Source: Longimicrobiales bacterium (GTDB lineage: Bacteria; Gemmatimonadota; Gemmatimonadetes; Longimicrobiales; Gaopeijiaceae). Taken from it: a stretch of DNA of 64,000 nt. Both the position numbers and the translations under genes were made by a program. Positions 39,509-49,507 of this stretch are shown in pieces. Every line of letters starts with the position of its first letter. Position 1 is the stretch's first letter. Location of the stretch: assembly GCA_965248195.1 (NCBI GenBank), contig CBDFIQ010000002.1, positions 1-64,000 of the forward strand, written 5' to 3'. Under the pieces are notes generated by a model, which saw only the letters and a list, made by a program, of their open reading frames with translations, was not told where the DNA came from and made no database searches.

Positions 39509-41091
39509 GCGTTTGCCGCGCCTCGGCGTTTGAGTTCCTCGTCGAACGCCACGATCTCGAACTCGTCCTCGAACCCGGCTCGGTCGGGCGAGGGGAGGTA
39601 GGCCGTCAGGTCGACCTCGGCAGCCAACTCGCGGTCGAAGGCGGCCTGATCCCGCTCGGACGCCTCCTCGGCCGAATCCCCGCTCGAGTAGACGACCTCG
39701 CCGAGCTTACGGTCCTCGAGCTTGAGTTGTCGCCGAACCGTCTCGCTGGCTAGGAACTGCTTCCGAATGGCGGGGAAGGAGAAGCGAAGGGGGCCGCCCT
39801 CCCCGGACGACACGTCCGCATCGAACTCGGCGGCGAGCTGGTGAAGGGCGGCTTCGACTTCCGATGGATCCACTGTCCGATCCTTCATTCTCGCCTGCAC
39901 ATGCGCGGTCGCCGCTTCGACCGTGACGGAGCCGCCCCCGGCGAGCGCCTCTCTGTATACGAGTCCGAGGACCAGCCGCCGCACATTACGGGCCTCACGA
40001 GCGCGGTTCTCGCGGCGCACACCAAGGACGCGGAGGAGCGGGACCGAGAAGAACAGGACGCTGAATACCACGGGGATGAGGACCAGGCCCACCAAAGCAG
40101 CGGTGCCCCCTATGCCGAGCTGAGGGAAGATGAACCAGGGTGCGGTGGCACCCGCCACCAGGGTGAACCCATTCATCCCGATGATCACCGCGTCGTGCTT
40201 TTTCTCGTTGCCCGTCAGCTCCAGCGGATACTCCATCCGCATCCATGCCGGGTTCGGCTCTCGGGCCTTCACGGGTCCGTGGGCGCTCGTCATGAGCTCG
40301 GGGAACGCATAGACGAGCTCCCCGTCCGGGGACACGGTGGGCTCCCCAGCGTACGATCCCAGAAGCCGGCCCATCTCCTCTTCCGCGTCGGGCAGCGCGA
40401 GCGCCGTATGCTCGACGAGCTCGGCCGTCGTGAGCGCCCCCCGCCGCGCGCGGATGAGGCGTAGCGTGCTGCGGTCGAGCTGCTTCCGAGTCGGCTTCGG
40501 TCGGTCGGGTCCGAAGACGAACGCGAAGACCTTCTTGTAGAACGGAGGCCGGCTGTCCTTTTCGAGCGTCGCCTCCCAGCGGCGGCCGTAATAGGGATTG
40601 CCCAGCCGCCAGCGCGGGGTCCAGATATAGTACCAGAGCCAGAAGCTCGGAAAGTGGAAGTGCCCGTGATGCCGGCCGACGCCGCGCCCCCAGCTTCCAC
40701 CACTCCGGCGGTCGCCGCCTCTGGACATCATCGCAACGATCGCCGCGACGACCAGCGCCACGAAGACCACGAAATAGACCACGAGCATGGTCACGATCCA
40801 CGCCTTGAACGCCCCGGTGAGCACCCGTTTGGCCGCGCGCTTGAGCCGTTGGATGGTCGGGACCCGATCCCGCCGGATCAGCTTGCGGTCGAAGAGGTAG
40901 ACCAACTCTCCCGACTCGGATACCTCGAGATGCCCCTGGTGGGACTCCAAGAGGGTCTTGAGGGTGCCCTCGACCTGGTCCCGCGGTAGGCCCACGCTGG
41001 ACACCACGTCTCCTACGGTACCCCGCCCGCGAAGGGAACGGAGGGCCTTCAGAACATCGGGTTGTGCTTCGGCGGTCGCGACGCTGTTCAC
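39505..41091 (-). CDS. membrane protein of unknown function
   Basis: Long ORF with TM segments, VSESGELVYLF and FAFVFGPD motifs; GTG start inferred. Confidence 0.75.
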   Translation of the reverse strand: MNSVATAEAQPDVLKALRSLRGRGTVGDVVSSVGLPRDQVEGTLKTLLESHQGHLEVSESGELVYLFDRKLIRRDRVPTIQRLKRAAKRVLTGAFKAWIVTMLVVYFVVFVALVVAAIVAMMSRGGDRRSGGSWGRGVGRHHGHFHFPSFWLWYYIWTPRWRLGNPYYGRRWEATLEKDSRPPFYKKVFAFVFGPDRPKPTRKQLDRSTLRLIRARRGALTTAELVEHTALALPDAEEEMGRLLGSYAGEPTVSPDGELVYAFPELMTSAHGPVKAREPNPAWMRMEYPLELTGNEKKHDAVIIGMNGFTLVAGATAPWFIFPQLGIGGTAALVGLVLIPVVFSVLFFSVPLLRVLGVRRENRAREARNVRRLVLGLVYREALAGGGSVTVEAATAHVQARMKDRTVDPSEVEAALHQLAAEFDADVSSGEGGPLRFSFPAIRKQFLASETVRRQLKLEDRKLGEVVYSSGDSAEEASERDQAAFDRELAAEVDLTAYLPSPDRAGFEDEFEIVAFDEELKRRGAANA

Positions 41092-41355
41092 GCTGGCCTC
41101 ACCTGAGGGATGTCGAGGGCCACGCCCTCCTGATGTCATAGATGAAAGCCCCATTCCTGCCGAGGAGATCCACAATGAACCAGGATGTACTGGCCGTCCC
41201 ATGAACCAGGATGGTACTGGCGGTCCCATCGGGGTTCAAGGTGACGACGTAAAGACAGGTATCAAGGCTCTACCTTCCCACGCCTCGGTTGCCTGCTACT
41301 TTAGCTCACCTCGGTGCCGAGCCGGGATCCACTTCTTTTTCCTTCGTGAGGGCGA

Positions 41356-41985
41356 ATGAACCTCTGCATCCCCAAACCCCGGCTGGCTCCGTTGGGCCGT
41401 TTCTCGAAGTGTGGCTCCACACGGCTGGCGTTGATCTCTGTGGCCGTCGGACTTTTGGTGTCGGTATCACCCGTCGTTTTAGAGGGTCAAGGCACCGGTC
41501 CCCTGAGCGAAAGCTGGACGGTCGGTCTGTCCGGCGGTGCATTCAGCTACGAGCCGTCAGGCGACGAAGGTTTTCCGATCATCGCGCTGCGGATGGATCG
41601 ACCCGTATCGAGATGGGTTCGCTTCGAGGTGGGAACGACCTACACCAGGCCCGAGATTCAGACCAACGCCGCGATGATGTTCGATCCCACCCTGCCCGCC
41701 GAGCACACGAACCTTTTTACGGTCACATTGGGCGGTCAGGCCAAGTGGACATTGGGTCCGCTGGAGCCCTACGGTGGCTTTTCGGCCGGGTTCTTCGGCC
41801 GCTACGACGGGGGCCCCGGGGACCGTAGGTTTGGGCGTTCGACGCTCCAGTTCCCCTTCGGCATCCGGCTTTGGGTCACAGACCACATCGGTGTACGGGC
41901 TGAATACAGGTTCGACGAAGACAACCACGAGGTAGTGACCCACTCCGACAGCGAATGGACCACAGGAGTGTTTTGGACATTGTGA
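41356..41985 (+). CDS. small outer-membrane beta-barrel protein
   Basis: Signal peptide, 8-strand pattern, aromatic C-terminus. Confidence 0.7.
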   Translation: MNLCIPKPRLAPLGRFSKCGSTRLALISVAVGLLVSVSPVVLEGQGTGPLSESWTVGLSGGAFSYEPSGDEGFPIIALRMDRPVSRWVRFEVGTTYTRPEIQTNAAMMFDPTLPAEHTNLFTVTLGGQAKWTLGPLEPYGGFSAGFFGRYDGGPGDRRFGRSTLQFPFGIRLWVTDHIGVRAEYRFDEDNHEVVTHSDSEWTTGVFWTL

Positions 41986-42045
41986 GACTGGTCCGAAGGC
42001 CGTTGTTCTAGGCCACCCATAAAGGTAGACTAAGGGGCATGAGGA

Positions 42046-42420
<375 letters not shown>

Positions 42421-42429
42421 TCCGCCGTT

Positions 42430-42503
<74 letters not shown>

Positions 42504-42506
42504 CTA

Positions 42507-42548
42507 GCGAGGGCCCCAGGGGACGCGGTTTCCCCTGGGGCCCTCGCT
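42507..42548 (+). terminator. GC hairpin after tRNA
   Basis: GCGAGGGCCCCAGGGGA...TCCCCTGGGGCCCTCGC. Confidence 0.6.
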
Positions 42549-42672
42549 ATTGGGACCTGGTGCGGACTCGCTTCTTTGGTTCGAGCCGAGGCGGAGAAGT
42601 GTACCTCCGCGAAGCGGACCTGCATGCCGACCGCCGAGACGAGCGAGGAGGCCCGAAGGGCCCCCGCAGCTC

Positions 42673-42690
42673 AATCCTGTCGGGCGTACT
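42673..42690 (+). repeat. att-like duplication of the tRNA-Arg 3' end
   Basis: AATCCTGTCGGGCGTACT identical to 42488-42505. Confidence 0.85.
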
Positions 42691-42931
42691 GAAGTAAAGC
42701 GAGTCTCCGTAAGGCGTTACAGCCATGCGGGGCCTCTGTCGTAAGACTTTATTTTATGGATTGCATCCCGTTTGCATCCGGAAATGAGTACAAAAAAATG
42801 CAGACGGAGCTACTCACCGGCCTCGACGACGCCGAGCACGGTCGCTGGGTCAGCCTGCTGGTAGCTTTGCCTGAGGACCTGAGCATCCCGCCAGCCACCG
42901 GCAGCGGCAACGTCCTGATCGGGTAGATGCT

Positions 42932-44307
42932 GGTCAAGTCCCGATTTGTGTGTAAAAGCGGAGGAAGCTCCTCGCCTTCGGCTAGGCTGCTTGGGCGACC
43001 TCCTGTTTCTGGAGGAGTGAGAGGTCGAGGTAACGCCGGTCGCCCCAGACGTGTGTGGTCCTGAGTGCGACGGCCGTGATGAGCCTGAGGGCGCTGGCCC
43101 GGTCCGGGAAGGCGCCGGCGGCCTTGATCCTGCGTTTGATCTCGCCGTGCAGCCGCTCGAGGCTGTTGGTGGTACGCAGCCGGGGCCAGTGCGCCTCGGG
43201 GAACGCGTAGAACTGCGTCGCTGCCCCGAAGCCCCGCTCCAGGACCTCCACGGCCTCGGGCAGCTCCTTCTTCCAGCGTGCGCCGAACTCGCCCAGGAGC
43301 TTCTTCGCCTCGGCGAGTCCGGATGTCTGGAAGATCACCGAGACCTCACGCGCCATGCGCTTGCGTAGGCGGTGGGGGACCCTCGCCCCCACATTACGCT
43401 GCAGATGGACCGTACACCTCTGACGGCGTGCCTCGGGCAGGAAGCGGCGGACCGCAGCTGCCAGGCCTGCGTGCTCATCGGCGATCACGAGCTCGACACC
43501 GCCGAGGCCGCGGTCCTGGAGTTGCTCGAGGAGCTCCGACCAGCTCTGCTGCGACTCCTCAGCGCCCAGCGTGACGGCCAGGAGCCGTCGGTGACCCTCA
43601 GGGCCCACTGCATACGCCACGAGCGCACTCACGTTCTCGACTTTGCGGGCCCAGCGGGCGTCCAAGAACGTGGCGTCCAGGTACAGATAGGGGTGAGGCC
43701 CCTCGATCGGCGCACGGCGCAGCCCTTCCACGGCCTCGTCGAGCCGTTTTGCCACACGACTCACCGTCGAGCGCCCAACACGCTCGCCCATCAGCGCCTC
43801 GGTGACGTCGCCCATCTTGCGCTGTGACACGCCGCTCACATACGCCTCGACCATCATCTCGTCGAGCTCGGGGCTCCTGCGCTGGTAGCGGCCGATCACG
43901 TCGGCCGGCGAACCGTTGTCCCGGCTCCGGGGCATGGCGACCTCGATCTGCCCCAGGCTCGTCAGCAGCCGCCTCAGGTATGTGCCGTTCCTATGGTCCT
44001 TCCGGCTTCCCACCCGCTCGAAGCGGCGTGCACCTACCATGGCCTTCAGCTCCTCTTCCAGCACCATCTCGAGCGTCAGCCGGATCGCGCCTTGAAACAG
44101 CTCGCGCAAATCATCGCGTAGCTCGTCTTGCGTGGCCCGACCGATCTCCACAATCTCTTGCATCGGAAGCTCCTCTCCGGTTCCGAGCCTGCTCTGCAGA
44201 CCCGGACTCCCGGGTTCATGTGACAGTGAACAACAACAGAGGAGCTTCCGTTTTTCTTTCCCTCCTGTCCAGCTTATCCGCTTTTACACAAATCTAGGGA
44301 CACTACC
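42932..44307 (-). mobile_element. IS256-family element, copy 2
   Basis: 9-bp target duplication GTAGATGCT (42923-31 / 44308-16). Confidence 0.95.
42982..44163 (-). CDS. IS256-family transposase
   Basis: Identical protein to 11959-13140. Confidence 0.95.
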   Translation of the reverse strand: MQEIVEIGRATQDELRDDLRELFQGAIRLTLEMVLEEELKAMVGARRFERVGSRKDHRNGTYLRRLLTSLGQIEVAMPRSRDNGSPADVIGRYQRRSPELDEMMVEAYVSGVSQRKMGDVTEALMGERVGRSTVSRVAKRLDEAVEGLRRAPIEGPHPYLYLDATFLDARWARKVENVSALVAYAVGPEGHRRLLAVTLGAEESQQSWSELLEQLQDRGLGGVELVIADEHAGLAAAVRRFLPEARRQRCTVHLQRNVGARVPHRLRKRMAREVSVIFQTSGLAEAKKLLGEFGARWKKELPEAVEVLERGFGAATQFYAFPEAHWPRLRTTNSLERLHGEIKRRIKAAGAFPDRASALRLITAVALRTTHVWGDRRYLDLSLLQKQEVAQAA

Positions 44308-44634
44308 GTAGATGCTTCCGCTCCGTCGCCCAGAGGCGTCGGTATGGGTGGAAGACACCGCCCTGCAGCTTGGGCAGCTTTGCGAGGCTCTCGGACTTCA
44401 GGAGCCAACGGGCGGTCAGGTCACGACGTATAGGGAGATCGGGTCTCCGTGGGGAGGGGAAGAGCGGCACATCTCCCACCCTGGGATTCCCCAAAAGGTA
44501 AATGTCCAAACCTTGCCGTGTGCGATCGCTGATCGGCGTCACGGTCGCGTAGCCCATTTTGTCTTCGGCCTCACGCCATCTGATGGCGCCGTGCGGCATA
44601 TGTTTGGCTGAATTGGTGGATCGACGAGTATTGC

Positions 44635-45068
44635 GTGGATTTTAATTCGGCGGCAGCAGCTCGACGGGCTGGCTATAGTGAAAAAACCGCACACCAGATC
44701 GGCTACGAGAACCTGAGAAAACTTGACTTGAAGCAGGCCATTGGGGAGCGGCTGGATGATCTATCTCTTGGGGCCGCCCAGATTACGCAACTGTTGTCCG
44801 CACAGGCCATAGGCAAAGTCCCATCGAGTGTGAAGGAAGTCGAAGCTCCAGATGGTGAAGTGACACCTACAACAGTCTTGGCGCGTTGGACAAGCTGGCG
44901 AGGGCTCGGGGTCTCTACGAGAAGAGGCTGTTGAAGCAGCGGCAGTTCGGCCTGGAGGAGCTGGGCGTCGTGATCCTACCCGAACTCGACGACGAGCCAG
45001 ATTGGGAACGCATTGAGGACGGCGACCCCCGCTACTCGTTCGTGCGACCACCGCAGGAAAAGGGTTAG
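44635..45068 (+). pseudogene. phage terminase small subunit remnant (frameshifted)
   Basis: DFNSAAAARRAGYSEKTAHQIGYENLRK; continues in another frame (LDKLARARGLY...VVILPE). Confidence 0.7.
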
Positions 45069-45222
45069 AGACGGTTAGTTCGAGCCGACGATCAGCACGC
45101 CTTCCACGAAGACGCGAAGCCAGGGGATCTGAGCCTTCAATTCCCCATCCGGCTTGCTTCAGTTGCTCGAAGAAGTTCACGACGAGAGCCGGGGGTACAG
45201 CGCACCGATGAGAAACTGCAGG

Positions 45223-47061
45223 CTAACCAGGACCGAGTCTAACCCCACAGATAAACCCGTTGCCGTCCCGGTCGGCGTTTCGGTAATCCTGGGTGTCGGG
45301 CATACTTAGACCTTCGTTGTCGGGTTTGAATATGCAGGTCTGGATCAGTCCGCCGAGCTGAGCAACCTGCAGGGGAACCACATTGCCAAGCTGGTTAGCC
45401 GAGAGGTTCAGGTCCTGGAGGTTTGACAGGCTCCCGAGCTCAGCGGGGATCGAGCCGGTCAGCTGATTCCCCTGGAGGCCCAGGATTGTGAGGTTTGACA
45501 GGTTCCCGAGCTCAGCCGGGATCGAGCCGGTCAGCTGATTCCGCCAGAGCTGCAGGTGAGCGAGGCTCGACAACTTCCCGAGCTCAGGAGGGATCGAGCC
45601 GGTCAGCTGGTTGTCACGGAGGTCCACGCTCTGGAGGCTTGACAGGTTCCCGAGCTCAGGGGGGATCGAGCCGGTTAGCTGATTCGCCTGGAGCCACAGG
45701 ACTGAGAGGTTCGACAGGTTCCCGAGCTCAGGAGGGATCGAGCCGGTTAGCTGATTCTCCCAGAGGCCCAGCCTTGTGAGGTTCGAGAGGTTCCCGAGCT
45801 CAGGGGGGATCGAGGTCAACTGGTTTAGACCGAGCGCCATTCGCAGGAGGCCCGACAGGTTCCCGAGCTCAGGGGGGATCGAGCCGGTCAGCTGGTTGTT
45901 AAAGAGGTTCAGGTCCTGGAGGTTTGACAGGTTCCCGAGTTCAGCCGGGATCGAGCCGGCTAGCTGATTCTCCTGGAGCCACAGCTCCTGGAGGTTCGAC
46001 AGGTTTCCGAGCTCAGGGGGGATCGAGCCGGTTAGCTGATTCACCCCGAGGCTCAGGCTTCCAAGGCTTGACAGGTTCCCGAGTTCAGGGGGGATCGAGC
46101 CGGTTAGCAGGTTAGCCGAGAGGTACAGGCCCTGGAGGTTTGACAGGTTCCCGAGCTCAGCGGGGATCGAGGTCAACTGGTTTTGGGCTAGCCCCAGCTC
46201 AAGGAGCTCCGACAGGTTCCCGAGCTCAGCCGGGATCGAGCCGCTCAGCTGGTTACCCGAGAGGTGCAGGCTTGTGAGGTTCGACAGGTTCCCGAGCTCA
46301 GGAGGGATCGAGCCGGTTAGCTGATTCCCCTGGAGCGACAGGACTGAGAGGTTCGACAGGTTTCCGAGCTCAGGGGGGATCGAGCCGGTTAACTGGTTTT
46401 CGATTAGCACCAGCTCAGCGAGCTCCGACAGGTTCCCGAGCTCGGGGGGGATCGCGCCCGTCAGGCTGTTGTCACGCAGGTTCAGGTTCTGGAGGCTTGA
46501 CAGGTTCCCGAGCTCAGGGGGGATCGAGGTCAACCCGTTTTGTGTGAGCTGCAGGCGTGTGAGGCTCGACAGGTTCCCGAGTTCAGGGGGGATCGAGCCC
46601 CTCAGCGAATTGGCGAAAAGGTCCAGGATCTGGAGGTTCGACAGGTTCCCGAGCTCAGGAGGAATCGACCCGTTCAGCCGGTTTCGCCGTAGGGAGAGGC
46701 CGGTAACAGCATCGCCGTTAGCACAGGACACACCGTGCCAACTGCATGGCGTCGTGCTCGTCAACCATCCCGTTATAAGTGTCCATTCTGGCCCGTTCGT
46801 AGCGACGTACAACGCCACTAGCGCGTCACACTCAACTGCGGAGATTGCCGATTGTGCTGAGCAAAGGGCGTTGACGGCAGGGGTCGGCTGGGTTGGGCTG
46901 TCGCTTCTCTTGCATGACGATGTGAGCACCACCGCGAGTCCCAGAAGAGTGAGACCCCAGAATCGACGAATGACGACTCCAAGCCTACAGACAAGAGGGG
47001 CATCGAGCTTCTGTGGCGGCCCCCTTGAGGCTCTACTCAAACGGGGGATGGAATCGGACAT
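45223..47061 (-). CDS. plant-type leucine-rich-repeat lipoprotein
   Basis: ~18 repeats of LxxNQLTGSIPPELGNLSNL, LRRNT cap (ALVALY...W...CSWHGVSC), lipobox-like TSSC; start uncertain. Confidence 0.9.
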   Translation of the reverse strand: MSDSIPRLSRASRGPPQKLDAPLVCRLGVVIRRFWGLTLLGLAVVLTSSCKRSDSPTQPTPAVNALCSAQSAISAVECDALVALYVATNGPEWTLITGWLTSTTPCSWHGVSCANGDAVTGLSLRRNRLNGSIPPELGNLSNLQILDLFANSLRGSIPPELGNLSSLTRLQLTQNGLTSIPPELGNLSSLQNLNLRDNSLTGAIPPELGNLSELAELVLIENQLTGSIPPELGNLSNLSVLSLQGNQLTGSIPPELGNLSNLTSLHLSGNQLSGSIPAELGNLSELLELGLAQNQLTSIPAELGNLSNLQGLYLSANLLTGSIPPELGNLSSLGSLSLGVNQLTGSIPPELGNLSNLQELWLQENQLAGSIPAELGNLSNLQDLNLFNNQLTGSIPPELGNLSGLLRMALGLNQLTSIPPELGNLSNLTRLGLWENQLTGSIPPELGNLSNLSVLWLQANQLTGSIPPELGNLSSLQSVDLRDNQLTGSIPPELGKLSSLAHLQLWRNQLTGSIPAELGNLSNLTILGLQGNQLTGSIPAELGSLSNLQDLNLSANQLGNVVPLQVAQLGGLIQTCIFKPDNEGLSMPDTQDYRNADRDGNGFICGVRLGPG

Positions 47062-47202
47062 GGGCGCACTCCGGGATCAGACTGTGCTCAACATCCGAGA
47101 GCGGGCCGGTAGGCGCAAGCAGAAGCCTCGCGCTACTCGATCACACTGCCGCCGCTGGAGTCCGAAAACGGCCATGATCCGAGCAGTCGCAACCGCTGGC
47201 GA

Positions 47203-47284
47203 GATGCAAACGGGATGCACGCCGACCGGAAACGCTGTGATTTGGGGGTGAACGGCCCTAGAACGCTTTCCCAATCGGAATGCG
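47203..47284 (+). repeat. ~82-bp dispersed repeat, copy A
   Basis: Similar to 49177-49259; first 17 nt are the exact reverse complement of 42762-42778. Confidence 0.8.
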
Positions 47285-47321
47285 GCCTCAGTCTTCCCTA
47301 GGCGGCATACCCCCCCCTCTC

Positions 47322-48676
47322 TCACCCCCCCTCCCGGAGCGCCTCGGTCGGCTGGATGCGTAGCGCTCTTCTCATGGGCCTCCCGCAAGCGATGAGACCC
47401 ATGATGAGAATGAGGGCTGTAATCCCCACGATGGGTCCGGGTCCCTGAGTGAAGACCCGCCCGTTCGTACCGGCGAACCCGAGCCCGAGTCCTAGAAACG
47501 TGCCTACGGCAAGTTGCAGGATCGCTCGTGAAAAAACTTCACTGACGACCCGTCGCGGGTTTGCACCGAGCGCGGTGCGGATGCCAATCTCCCGGGTGCG
47601 CTGCGAGACCGTGAAGGACATCAACGCATAGAGGCCAGCTGTCGCGAGCCCCAGGGCTGCGAATACCAGCAGGCCGATTCCGAGACCGAGGAGGTGCATC
47701 ACTGTAGCCCCGATGCCGACGATCTCCGCGAGCGGTCTAGGCCGATGCAGCACCAGTGATGGGTCCAATTCCCCTCCGATCGCTCTCAACCGGCCCAGGA
47801 ACTGAGATGGATCCTCCCGAAGATGCACTGCCAAGTGAATCGGACCGGCAGCCGTCACCAGAGGGAAGTAGATTGCGGGCCATTGTCCGGCGCTGCTCCC
47901 GAGGTCCACGGTCAAGTCGGGCACGACGCCTACGATCTCCGCCCACTGTCCAGGCGCGAGTTCTCCCCGGGGGTTGAGCCGGATACGCTGCCCAATCGGC
48001 TCGCCAAATCTCAATATCCGCCGAACAAAGGCATTGTTCACGATGGCGACACGTGCCTCGGAACCCGTGAGGTCCCCGGCATCGAACTCCCGTCCAACCC
48101 GCACCTGAACGCCGAACACGTCGAAGTAGCTCGGCTCGACCCAAGCGACGCGCGCGCGATGACCAGCCGCACCCTCGAAGCGAGGTGGAATCCCCTCTGC
48201 TTGGAAGAATCGCACTGGGTGTTCCATTCCGGGGAGTCGCGAGCCGAGCGTGACGCCCAGCACAGCCGGCTCGAGGGATACTCGTCGACCGAGCTCTCGC
48301 CAGATCTCGGAGTCTCGAGCGAAGTCGGCCACCCGATCTCCGTCCAGGTCTTGAAGAGCATGCGTACGCCGAGCTTCAAGTCTAAGAGTGAGATGCCGAA
48401 CGAAAGACGACGGAGTTTCACGATACCAAATTCAGCCCGCCGATCGGCAACCGCACGCAAACCCGAGGCCTCGCGGAGTCGCTCGGCGAGAAACCGCCCA
48501 GAGAACGTCATCGCCTCTCGCCAATACCAAAGTCGAGCCCGCACGCGACCTCGCCCACGAGATCGGTCCCGGAAGACCTCGTCCAGGTCACCCGTGATGT
48601 CGTCTCGCCGATCCTCGGGAAGCGCCCACCGAATGAGACGGCGTGCGAGTCTGGGAGGGCGCCCTGCCTCGCTCAC
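47322..48676 (-). pseudogene. ABC permease with large internal deletion/frameshift
   Basis: N-terminus (PPRLARRL...GDLDE...DLKLGVRMLFK) is joined out of frame at ~48340 to the C-terminal half (SQRTREIGIRTALGA). Confidence 0.8.
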
Positions 48677-49005
48677 TGGACGTCCTCGATCATCAGATCC
48701 AGCCCTTGCCACATTTGCTCCATGAGCCCCCGGGATTCTTGGAGTAATCTCCGCCCTTCGGGCTCCACCCGCACGCATCGCCGAGGCTCTCCACCTCGCC
48801 CCGGGGTGGGATCACTCATCCAGGAGGACAGAAGCCCCTTCTTCTCCAGCCTCCGAAGCGTGACGTAGACCGCCGATCGCGAGACCGAACGCCCGGTGCG
48901 ACGCTCGATTTCATCGACGACCGGGATCCCATACACCTCACCCTCCAGGTGTAGGATCGCCAACAACACCATCTGCTCGAACTCGCCCAGGCCTTTATGC
49001 GACAT
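48673..49005 (-). CDS. PadR-family transcriptional regulator
   Basis: LGEFEQMVLLAIL...YG...AVYVTLRRLEKKG; GTGA-coupled to the permease. Confidence 0.9.
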   Translation of the reverse strand: MSHKGLGEFEQMVLLAILHLEGEVYGIPVVDEIERRTGRSVSRSAVYVTLRRLEKKGLLSSWMSDPTPGRGGEPRRCVRVEPEGRRLLQESRGLMEQMWQGLDLMIEDVQ

Positions 49006-49176
49006 CGCAGTTTCCTGCCAAGTGGATCCCGACAACGGGTGTATGTTTACATCGTTGTCATAATATACGGGTGGGCCCATTCGAACACCCCCACCGTCGA
49101 GGGGGCGACACATGACAGGAAGTCTACTGCCGTCTGTGTGAACGCCCGGGTCTGAGCGCTTCTAACCCTCAGAACA

Positions 49177-49259
49177 GATGCAAATGGGATGCACACTGAT
49201 CGGAAACGCTGTGATCTCAGGGGCGAACGCCCGTAGAGCGCTTTCCTAAATAGAATGCG
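49177..49259 (+). repeat. ~82-bp dispersed repeat, copy B
   Basis: Similar to 47203-47284. Confidence 0.8.
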
Positions 49260-49507
49260 CCGCCCGATCCTGGGCGAATCTGGATGAGCGCGCCAAGATG
49301 GAGAACATGTCCCTGGTAGTCACCGCCGTGGTCGCTGGAACGGTACTGGTGCGGATGCTTGCCTGCTTGGTGCCGAGAGGCGGGTCGGCGGATCGGGCCG
49401 CGACCCGCTGTGTAGTTCATTGATGGTCGGAGTGTGGCTAGGGATCTGCGAGGGCTTGTCTCCGGGCTGAGCTGGGAGACAGAAACCGCAACAACGGGAG
49501 GCGGCAG

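Larger units (their letters stand above)
42810..44599 (-). pseudogene. tyrosine integrase C-terminal remnant split by IS256
   Basis: Removing the IS and 9-bp duplicate gives ...FHPYRRLWATERKHLPDQDVAAAGGWRDAQVLRQSYQQADP...GE*; N-terminus missing. Confidence 0.85.

Noticed and set aside
45400..46680. Regularly spaced repeat GACAGGTTCCCGAGCTCAGGGGGGATCGAGCC resembling CRISPR
   Set aside because: The period is 69-72 bp in frame and is fully explained by LRR coding repeats.
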